From Octopus vulgaris (Eukaryota), in assembly GCA_951406725.2 (NCBI GenBank), contig OX597824.1, forward strand, positions 74,710,001-74,774,000: a stretch of 64,000 nucleotides of DNA, in the 5' to 3' direction. Each line of letters starts with the position of its first letter. The first letter of the stretch is position 1. The position numbers and the translations under genes are program-made. The notes beneath the pieces are model-generated. The model saw only the letters and a list, made by a program, of their open reading frames with translations, had not been told where the DNA came from and made no database searches. This document shows, piece after piece, positions 53,310 to 64,000 of this stretch.

Positions 53310-55149
53310 CTGTGACCATTCCTTGTGTTTCACTGTCTAGAGTACACTCTGAATCACATTACCCACTGTTTCCTTTAGACGGTTGATGAGCGAGTGGGAG
53401 TAGGGTGGGTCGATCTGCGGGAGATCTAATTACTACATCTGACTGGTCGATAAGTGACTACGTAGAGGCTCCCTCGCTGAATAAGGGAGGAGGGACATGC
53501 TCATACTCTTTTACTCAACTCTTTTCCTTGTTTCAATCATTTGACTGTGGCCATGCTGGAGCACCGCTTTTAATCGAGCAAATCGACCCCAGGACCTCGA
53601 GGCAGTGATGATTGACCGAGAAGTGTGATGGTTGGACTTTGTTGCTGCAGCCCGGGTTGGAACCCGGTCATAGTAATAAATACGTATATTCATGATGCGT
53701 TATAATTCCTTTTAGCTTTCACGTCTGAGCTCTAATGTTTTTTCAAGCCTACTCTAAGGCCACGTACGAAATGATATATTTACCCAACTCGAAAATATTG
53801 TACGAAAAAAACACACATTTATTATAGTGGTTTCAAATTTCGGGATCAAGTCGAATACCTCGATCCCAGTGCTAAACTAGTACTTTTTTTTATCGACCCT
53901 GAAAGGATGAAAGGCAAATTTCTACATCGGCAGAATTTGCACTGGGAGCGTAAAGACAAACGAAATGCCGTTAAGGATTTTGTCCGGCGTGCTAACAATT
54001 CTGTCAACTCGTCGCTCTACACTCATTTATGATATTGCCCAAATTATAGTACGAAGTGATATATTTATCCTAATTCCAAGTAAGAAAAGAAACATTTCAT
54101 TTAATGCCATTTATTCAGATGATTCTATGTCAAGCGATCAAGAGAAACAAAGAAAATTAGCAACGAAGGAATGTTTACACAGCCACTCGTCCTGTTAGAA
54201 ACAGCAGTCACATCTTTCATATATGATTCGTTCCGGCAGATCTTTCTCAAACGGCACACCAGAAAGGATTATCTCTGTGTGTCATGGATTTTTTTTAAAA
54301 AGAGAATTTTCAAAGATGCTCAAGTAATGTAATGGATTTAGAAAATCCTTTTTAATGTTTGATTGCGTTAAAAAGATGTGTATCTATAATTTTGGATTAA
54401 TAAAACGAGATAAGAAAATATCGTTCTGAGTTCTTAAGAAATTTTAACTTAAAGATTATAGTGTGTGTTTGAAAGAGAGAGAGGGGGGAAAGGAGAGAGA
54501 TATGGAGAGAGACACGGGTAGATAGAGGGGCAGAGAGGAGAGAGTATGTTTGTGTGTGTGTGAGAGAGAGAGTGTTTGTTGTGTGTGTGTGTGTGCGTAA
54601 TTTTGCATATTCATGTGTGGTGTGAGTCTTCATGCGAAGTACGCCATTAATGTAAAAAAAATTAATATTAATTATAGTTTGTTTATATATGTGTGTGTGT
54701 GTGTGTGTGCGTATGTTTAATATTTCGTTTCCATGTCAAGTACACCATTGACATCTTTTTATGTTTTCTTCTCTGCTCTGAGTTCAAATCTCGCCGAGGT
54801 AAACTGTGCTTTTCGTTATTTAGGGGTCAATGAAAAAATGCACAAATCCAAGACAATGGACTGATGGAACTGTTAAAACATCCAATAGATACCTTATGGT
54901 ATTAGTGCCGATTATTTGTGTCCTGTGTTCAAATCCCACCATGGCGTACTTCGATGATAGACTTAAACCGTTACCCGGTTTAACACCACCATATAGAATC
55001 TTGGGTGCCTTTTGTGGAGACCATCTTGTTACTAGTATTCAATCCAGGTTTCCAACGTAAGAATACTGCTGTTCTTCCTTTTCACCAGTCTCAGAGACCC
55101 CGCGGAAGGCCATTTGCACTGTCAACTCTCCTGAGCGAAAGATAAAAAA

Positions 55150-55912
55150 AAAGAAGAAATGTATGACAGCCGTGGCTGTGTGGTAAGAAGTTTGCTTTCC
55201 AGCCTTATAGTTTCGGGTTCAGTCTTACTGCGTGGTACCTTGGGCAAGTGTCTTTTAATCTAACCACAGACTGATCAAAACCTTGTGAATTGTTTTTGGT
55301 AAGATGGAAACTGAAATTATCCCGTCGTATATATGCATGTGCGTGCGTCCATCATTGCTTGAGAACCGGTGTTGGTTTGTTTAAATCTCCGTAACCTAGC
55401 AATTCAACAAAAGCGACCCTTCATGGTGGTACCCCAGCATAGCCGCAGTGCAATGACTGAAACAAGCAAAAGGTAAAGATAATTCATCTTGCTGTGCATG
55501 ATGGAGTCAACGAGGCTGAGAATAACCACAATTGAACAATTACAAATGAAAGGAACATACAAAAATTAATTTGTCCCACTGCGTGGCATCTTGGGCAAGT
55601 GTCTTCTGCTATAGCCGCGGGCCGACCAAAGTCTTGTGAGTGGATTTGGTAGACGGAAACTGAAAGAAGCCTGTCGTATATATGTATATATATATATATA
55701 AGTGTGTGTGTGTATATGTTTGTGTGTCTGTGTTTGTCCCCCTAGCATTGCTGGTGTGTTTACGTCCCCGTCACTTAGCGGTTCGGCAAAAGGAGACCGG
55801 TACAATAAGTACTGGGCTCACAAAGAATAAGTCCCGGGGTCGATTTGCTCAACTTAAGGCGGTGCTCCAGCATGGCCGCAGTCAAATGACTGAAACAAGT
55901 ACAAGAGTAAAG
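55150..55912 (+). mobile_element. Two SINE family B copies (old 55150-55480; young, 5'-truncated 55572-55912)
   Basis: Similarity to 40159-40578. Confidence 0.8.
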
Positions 55913-56434
55913 AAAAAAGATCAAAGAAAACGCAATAATTATGGCGGGGATCATAAGTCTTCTTGATTAGAACTGGCCTCAGGCTAAAAACAACAACAGC
56001 GATAACAAGCTCTTTGATTTGAAATGTCATACGATTCTTTAGAAAATAAATCTAAAACACGTGCGCGCGCACACTAAAAAATTTACTAGTTTTTTTTCTT
56101 TTTAAGCAATTCGTTCTGAAGAGTGATTTTCTTTTAAAATTCTGAACCGGATTTGACATAAAACGAAACAGCAACGACGACAGTAATAACAACAATAGCA
56201 ACAATCTTTTCATCTATGGTCACAAGGCCTGACATTTTGGGGTGGGGTGGGGTGGGGGAGGTTAGTCGGTTACATCGACCTAGTAGTGCTCGACTAGTAG
56301 TTTTGCATCGACCCCGAAAGGCTGAAAGGCAAAATCGACTTCAAAAGGATGTGAACTCTGAACGTAAAAACAAACGAAATACCGCTGAGCATTTCGTCTA
56401 GCGTGCTAACGATTCTGCCTGTTCACCGCCTTAT

Positions 56435-56489
<55 letters not shown>

Positions 56490-56530
56490 GGTGGTGGTGG
56501 TAGGTAGTAGTAGTAGTGGTGGTGGTGGTG

Positions 56531-56574
<44 letters not shown>

Positions 56575-57609
56575 GGTGGTGGTGGTATAATGCGTTGACC
56601 TCACGAACCCAAACTCGTTTTGCACGCCGAGCAAGACAAGAGCAAACAAGAACGGCTCTGAAAGACATGTCAAACAGAAAAGCACTGACAGAGTTATTGG
56701 ATGTTTTTCTTTATTAATAAATCGCCATCGGCATCGTCATCATCATCATCATCATCATCATCGCATCAAAACGACGACGACGCCAAGACCAGCAGCACCG
56801 GCTCCAGCACCACCACCACCACCACCATTACCATTGTCATCGCCGTCGTCATCACCAATATGGCTGCTTGATTGATTGATTAAAATCGTATCATGACAGG
56901 ATATGTTGTTGTTGTTGTCGTTTTTGTTGTTTGACACTAAACCGACCAACCAAGAGCAGATCTGTATTCCTTTGCCAAGAGCCTGACACCGTTCCAGCAA
57001 TGGCTTCCATATATGCGTTTGGCGGGAAGGCAAAATTGAGAGTCTTTCAATATGAAATACATACAAACATACATACATACCTACCTACCTACATACATAC
57101 ATACATTCATACAAGCATGCAATGTGTATTCCTGTGTGTGCATACGTTTTGTTTGCTTGTATTACATGGGAAAATTCATTTTGCGGTACACATGAGAAAA
57201 TTATGGGAAAAAAAATGGCGAGGAGTGGTCCGGGGAGGCAGAAAATTAGGACGAGTATCTAAAATGAAAAGGAGAAAAGGAGAAACTCAGTGAGAATATC
57301 AAATAACAGTATTATATACATACAATTGCGCGTATGCGTGTATGCGTCTAAATACATACAACACATACACACACAGATATATGTATGTGAGTCTGCGTGA
57401 ATTAGAAAGGAAGCAAAGACGATATTTCCATTAAAGTCAAAGGGTGTTTATTTGATAAAAAGCCATTCATTCGTTCGTTCCATTGTACAAGCCATATGAT
57501 TAAATCTCACAGTACAACAACGGGAGAAACATTCCTTTGTCGCCGACATTGCTGTATAAGCGGCGGCGTGATTCAGCAGTTAGTGAAGTGGTTAGTAAAT
57601 GGAAATTTG

Positions 57610-58355
57610 GCGACGGTGGAGGTGGTGGTGGAGGTTTTGGAGGTGGGGGGCGGTTAGCGGTGGTGGCGGCGGTAGTTGTGGTAGGAGTAATGGTGGCGGC
57701 GTCGGTAGTTGCAGTGGGAGTGGTGGTGGCGGGAGTAGTGGAGACAGCGGCGGCAGATGGTGCTAGTAAATAAGACGATGGTGGTGGTGGTGGAGGGGAA
57801 TGGCTGACACTAGATGGCAGCCATGGTTTGGTACAGGTGGTGGAGGGGATGGTTAGCAATAGAGGTGTGGGGGTGAGGAGGTTGCATGGGGGTTCGATGG
57901 TGGTCGTGACGGGTCATGATGGTGGTGGTGGTGGTGAAGGTGAGGGTGGTGGTATAGTAATGTAGATGGAGGAGGCGTGGATGTCGTGGTTGTATGAGGG
58001 GAAGGATGGGGATGCAGAGGTGCGGGGAAAAGGAGGGGAAGAGCGGTGAGTTGCAGTGGTTGTAGTCGGAGTAGCGGTGGTGAGAGTAACTATAATAGTC
58101 GAAGGAGGAGGCGCATAGAATGTCGTGGTAGCAGAGAGAGGTGGGTAACGGGGAGGGGAGGGTAAAGGGGAGGGGGTAAAGGAGGAAGGGTGAATGGGGA
58201 GGAGGGGGATAAAGGAGGAGGAAGGGTGAACGGGGTGGAGGGGGGGGGGTAAAGGAGGAGGAGGGGGAGGGGTAAAGGGGATGATGGAAGTGTATGGAAG
58301 GGGGTAGGGGAGGGTGAGCGTAATGGATGGCGGTGGATTGGTGGTTGTGGAGGGT
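57610..58355 (+). repeat. G-rich (GGT/GGA) low-complexity tract
   Basis: Direct reading. Confidence 0.9.
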
Positions 58356-58397
58356 TAAAGTTATCATGAAGCTATCACGTGGCAGACAGCAGAAAAA

Positions 58398-58422
58398 CGC
58401 GTGATGGAAATTTCCACTCGTA
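58398..58422 (+). promoter_or_regulatory. Quasi-palindrome copy 3 (CGCGTGATGGAAATTTCCACTCGTA)
   Basis: 19-nt identity to copy 2; TCACGTGGCA about 20 nt upstream. Confidence 0.5.
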
Positions 58423-58688
58423 TTATATTATTTAATTCCCACAAGCCTTCATGTTGTGAAAAGGAAATGATAAAGAAAGAAAGAATAAAATAAAATAAAA
58501 TAATTAAAAAACAGAAAAAGACGTTGAAAGGTTACCGCCGCCGCTACTTCCCCTCCCCGCCAGCTTTCACACGTATTATAAGTTCATATTTCACTACATA
58601 CAGCTGTATAAATAAATATAGTCATAAATTGTGTCATGTGTCATGTGTATGTGTGTGTGTGTGTATGATGTGGATTATGACTGTATGC

Positions 58689-58722
<34 letters not shown>

Positions 58723-58746
58723 GATCTATGTATATATATATATATA

Positions 58747-58788
<42 letters not shown>

Positions 58789-59776
58789 CGTGTGTGTCTG
58801 TGTGGAGAGAGAGAGAAAGAGAGAGAACGAGAGAATGGGAAAAGAGAAGAAATAGATTGGTGGGTATGTAGATGGATGAATTTATGACTAGCAGGAATAG
58901 AGCAATGAAACTCTATTGAAACTAGCAGGAAATGTGTGTTCTATTACACATGTGAGCATCAACGGAACACTATGTAAGCCTCAACATAGATTAAACAGAA
59001 AAAGAGGGAAAGAGAGAAAGTGGGAGTAGAAAATAGCAAGATCCGTAGATTTAACATGCATGGCAACAGACTTTATTGCAACGCTCTCATAGGAACGAGG
59101 AAAAGAAGCGAGATGTTGCGAACTATTAGAAATAGCAGTCAGATCTTCCCACTTCAGATCACATCCTGCAGTTTTGAAAAGGGACACGATGGTTAAATAC
59201 GGTTCGCAATTCCTTCCTTGCATGAAGGAGAAAAAAAAAGACAAGTCGTTCACAGCTGGTGTGCCTTTGATCACAGCTCCGTGTCTGCTCTGTGCGAGAG
59301 TTGCTCTCAAGTTAACCAACGCGATCAGACGTTACGTACATACATGCAAATTTAGAAGCTAACATGAATCGACTAGGGAATATGATTATGGTTACTCGAT
59401 TCGCTGCAAACTTAGCCAAATCTGCCTTAATCAAACACTGCTATTTTCAATGAAAGACAAGACTTTGGGAGATGGAGTCCCTAACACTCAAAACACCAAG
59501 ATGGCCATATGTAGGATGCCTATGATCATAGGTCTGTCCAATCAGAGCTGATACAGTAATAAATAACTGCAGTGCAGTGTTGTTAGAGGGTGACATTTTG
59601 CGCAAAGCTTTCTTCTATTTCATTTTCTGATTCGCCCACCTCTGCCATTCCTTTCATATCTTTATAGTTCGCTCTACACTCAATCAAACACGCCATATTC
59701 AGCTTTGCACATTTATACATACATTAAACACTACAATTACACATTCCACAGATATATACGTTCATTATGTATACAT

Positions 59777-59821
<45 letters not shown>

Positions 59822-60106
59822 TACATCATACATACACATGAATGTGTGTGTGTATATATACATATGAATGTATTTCGTATATATGTTTGTATACATGTAT
59901 ATATCAATTTACATACGCACACACCAGTGAACAAACAGTCAATTCTAGACATTTTTCAGTTAATCTAGTAGATACAGCGTCCAGCTGGTGTCGGTGATGG
60001 CGTACCTAGTTTTTCTCCCCATAGTCTTTCTCTTTCTCTCTCTATTGTATAGTTATTGATTCACTTTACAGTCTGGTAGGCGCGCACTGTCAGTACACGA
60101 CTAGAA

Positions 60107-60133
60107 AGCATGATGGAAAATTCCATGACGTAA
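60107..60133 (+). promoter_or_regulatory. Quasi-palindrome copy 4 (AGCATGATGGAAAATTCCATGACGTAA)
   Basis: 24 of 27 nt match copy 2. Confidence 0.55.
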
Positions 60134-60749
60134 TACATAGTTCTAAGCTCTACTTCCCCTTCTACAGCGAGTAAATAATGTCTGCCAAATAGCTTGCTTT
60201 TATCTCTACGCTTCTAATCAATTTTTCTTTTTCAAGTAGCTGTTCATTCGTTTATTCTCTTTTCCTTTCTTTCTTTCTTTTTTCTCCCTCTTATTCCTCC
60301 CCCCATCCTCATCTTCACGCTGTCTTGTCGCTTTTGCATTCATTTCTCTTCTGTTTGATGCCAAGATCTTGTTTTATTCCTGTTCTTTCATCATTTCCTA
60401 ATGAAAGAGAATCGACTGGGGGAGATAAAGATCCATCCACATGTGTGAATGTGCATATGTATGTGTATATATATATATGTATATATATATACATACACGC
60501 ACGCGTTCACAAATACAGGATGTGTGCGTGTACATAAAGAGCACGAGAGAGAGAGAGAGAGAAGGAAATAATTGCGTAAAGGAGTGGAGATATGGCATGA
60601 CAATCATTTTCTTTGTCTTTATAATAAATATATTTTCTTGTTTTGTTTTCCGTTTTATTCTCATGCTTTGTTTCCAGAAGAAACCGAAGTCTTTGTGTTC
60701 GATGGTTTTTCTTTTCCTTGTTGACGACACCAGTACAATTAAGGAGTGA

Positions 60750-61190
60750 CTAGTGCACACAATCAATAGAGCAGTTCTCGCCCTGGTGGTATCTGCTCAG
60801 TTGTAGAGACTCTCACGTGATCATCGGTGATTAGAGAGCTTGTCTCCCAATTGATATTGACATAATTAAGGAGTGAATTCTCTCATATTCACTCAACTGT
60901 TTCTCTCCCTGCTCTATGCCTGCGTAGTTATAGAAACACTATCGCATACAATCTGTAAAAACATTTCTTATCCTGGTAATACGAGAACAGTCATAGAAAC
61001 ACTATCAACAAAATGTCTCTTGTCCTGTTGATATCTGCACAGTTAGAGAGACACTATCTCTTACTATGAACGAAATGTTTCTGACTGGCACAGTTATAGA
61101 AACACTTATCACATACAATGGACAAAGTGTTTCTCATCCTGTCAATATCATTTCAGTAATTGAGAGCATTGTATGACATACAACCACTTG
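60750..61190. repeat. Diverged ~50-65 bp minisatellite
   Basis: Recurrent CAGTTATAGAAACACTATC variants. Confidence 0.7.
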
Positions 61191-61349
61191 AATTTTTTTT
61201 CCTCCTCCTTAGTAACACAAGATAGGAACAATGACTAGGATATTTCACCAGCTTCCTGCTGAAACAAGCGCGCACACGAGAATGGCTGGTATGCCTATGA
61301 TTATAGATGTGCTGAATGAAGGCTGAGATAGAGTTTAAACAACAAGAGC

Positions 61350-61650
61350 GTTATTTGTTCCTTCCCGAGCCATGCCTGGCTCATAAGGGCCAGTTTCCCG
61401 GTTTCCTAGGCGTATAGGTTCCCCACCTGGACGGGACGCCGGTCCGTCGCAGGTGAACTGTAAGATACAGGAGGAAAGGGAGAAAGTTGTGGTGAAAGAG
61501 TCAGCAGATGTTCGCCATTACCTTCTGCCGGAGCCGCGTGGAGCTTAGGTGTTTCGCTCATAAACACACACGTCACCCGGTCTGAGATTCGAACACGCGT
61601 TCCCTCGACCGCGAGTCTGCTGCTCTAACCACGAGGCCATGTGCTTCCAC
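61350..61650 (-). mobile_element. tRNA(Arg)-like SINE, full length
   Basis: Same family as the 52616-53309 host element. Confidence 0.9.
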
Positions 61651-63089
61651 AAACTAGAGAAGCCATCAACTCTAGGTTAAATATTGTTGCATTCCTGTGT
61701 AATTTACCCTAGTCATTATAATAGGGTTTTTTTTACACTTACGCGTGTACATAATGGTATATCGAAACAGTGATTCACTTATTAATCTAGGAAGAACGAA
61801 AATGGTTATACGTCGCTGTGGATGTCTAATAAGTCCGAAATATGTCTGGAGTTGTCGCCCGTAGTTACCAAGGTGAGAGAGAATAAATATAAGACATTTC
61901 CTATTTCTCACTGCGTAATCATTATTGAAATTTTCGCTCACTACACTGAGCAGAACGTTTGTGATTTAACTATTAGGATTCGTGCTGATAGCGTGCCTTG
62001 GCACTTCTCCCCAATCATTATTGTATCATTAGTTTCTCCAACAACCTGCAAAATATTTAATTTGTCATTCAGCATTCCCTATCCGTCTTTTGCCTTTCAG
62101 TATCGACACAAGACCACATATTTGTAAGGAATGATTCTACGTTAAACAAATCAACAATCAAGCCCTGTTGATTTCAACAAATCCCCGCGAGATTTCTGGT
62201 CAGAACTTGTAAGTTCGTAAGATATTTATAACCGAATAAATTTAACTTGAGACGTCGTCGACATGAATAAAGCATTCATGTTAGATCTCATGGCAACTGA
62301 TGTAATGAGAGGAAATATTTGCCAATAATAAATACCATGCCATGCGTACGAATCAGACTGTCATGATCATACCACCACAATTGATAAAGCGAAGAGGACA
62401 ATCCAATGAATAATATTAATTTGGTGAAGAGAGGAATATTTTAACTCACTGACTAATAGTTCTTTGATCTTATCTTAGCAAGTAAGGGCGATAACTTCTG
62501 GAATGTGTTTTGGTCATATCAAACTTCACCAGCGAAACGTTTATTTTTTCATTTCACGTTAAGATTTCTTATATTGGTACAATACACTGAGTTGATGGAG
62601 TGTAGAAGAAGATTGAATTTCCACACGTTTTTTTTTTATATCCTAGGGTTTTGTCGTGGCTCAAATCACACCATTACATTGCTGTTGTGTAATCCCACTA
62701 CTATGTTGCAGTAGACTTGCAATCAAATGTGTCCAGTCATGACCGACCCGGCTTTTTAAAATACATTGTATACCTGGTATGATAAAAGCGCAAGGGCCAG
62801 TGCTTAGTATGGTGGACTCAAAATGTGGTTGCATTTTCGATTCCTGGAAAGGAAGGGGGAGGGTGCATTCTGTCCTTGAGCAAAGTACTTCATTACACGC
62901 AATTCTGGTCTACTCAACTGAAGTGAGTACCAGGAGTAATTGGCGATAAACAAAACATCCCTTTGAAATTCTGTCAAAGGGATTATTTCAATCTCAGTCA
63001 TTTATTTGCCGTGGAAACCAGGAGAAACGCCCCCCCCCCTAATAGGCCAAAACTTACAGGCCTTATGTCTAGTTTATATTTCGATATAA

Positions 63090-63113
63090 ATCTATCTGTC
63101 TGTTTGTCTGTCC

Positions 63114-63161
<48 letters not shown>

Positions 63162-63162
63162 G

Positions 63163-63247
<85 letters not shown>

Positions 63248-63363
63248 TGTATGTATGTATGTATGTATGTATGTATGTATGTATGTATGTATGTATGTAT
63301 GTATGTATGTATGTATGTATGTGTGTGTGTATGTATGTATGTATGTATGTATGTATGTATGTA
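63090..63363. repeat. (TCTG)n-(TCTA)n-(TATG)n compound microsatellite
   Basis: Direct reading. Confidence 0.95.
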
Positions 63364-64000
63364 GTACTTCATTATCTAATGTGTCTTTCTGCCTTTGAAT
63401 ATAATTCTGCTCAATTAGGATCAGCCTAGGATTAAACAAAAGCAACAACGTCACTTGTTATTGATGGACTTATTACTTTCTGTTTAGATATTGCAAACAA
63501 AGACAGCAACTTGTCACTTTGAATTCTATTGCTTCTCAACTGTCGCTGGTCTCACTAGGGAATGAAACTGTCCACGGATGTCGTTATTATTATTGCTATT
63601 TTAAGCCAAGCGAAGGCTTCAACTAACCGACCTATGATCAAAGGCTTTAACATTCACGACCGCAAATACGTTAGTTCGCAAACGAGTGGAAACCTCCTGT
63701 TGACTCTTGACTGGTTGATAGAGACTGGTTGTATAACTGTTTGTTATTGGCAAAGAAAGAAAGATTAAATTGATTACATATTATAGAACCTCTATAAATT
63801 CTTCTGATATGACCAGATACAGAAACATTTTGTTGATTGTATGTGATAGAAACGGAGGGAGACAGAGAAACAGTTGGGTGACAATTCGATAATGCACTCC
63901 TTAACCATGCCAATATCAACAAAGAAGAGAAGCTCTAATGACTGATGATTGTACAAGATAGTGCCTCTCTGACCGAGCAGGAATCACTCGTGAGAGAGAA

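Overview
AT-rich, repeat-saturated metazoan DNA. The tRNA-derived SINE families and dense microsatellites suggest a cephalopod (Octopus-like) intergenic or intronic region; the taxon is inference. No intact host protein-coding gene is recognisable, and nearly all listed ORFs are microsatellite or SINE artefacts. Mobile content includes several tRNA-derived SINE families, non-autonomous Helitrons, an internally deleted Tc1/mariner, CR1/L2- and RTE-like LINE 3' ends, a Penelope-like GIY-YIG fragment, a MITE and a tRNA-Ser pseudogene. A 100-N gap is followed by a ~1 kb fold-back. Signals not explained by these repeats: (i) a 24-bp quasi-palindrome GCGTGATGGAAATTTCCATGACGT (kappaB/NFAT-like core with CRE-like flanks) found four times in unique-sequence islands over 50 kb; (ii) a duplicated ~63-bp CArG-box module plus a third identical CArG; (iii) several minimal hammerhead-ribozyme-like motifs, one in a 3x ~417-bp retrozyme-like tandem array and one with a compensated U3-A8 core; (iv) a SINE that appears to insert at a fixed site within its own family, plus a TSD-flanked poly(A) retrocopy sharing its 3' tail. 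Coordinates were read by eye and may be off by a few bases.
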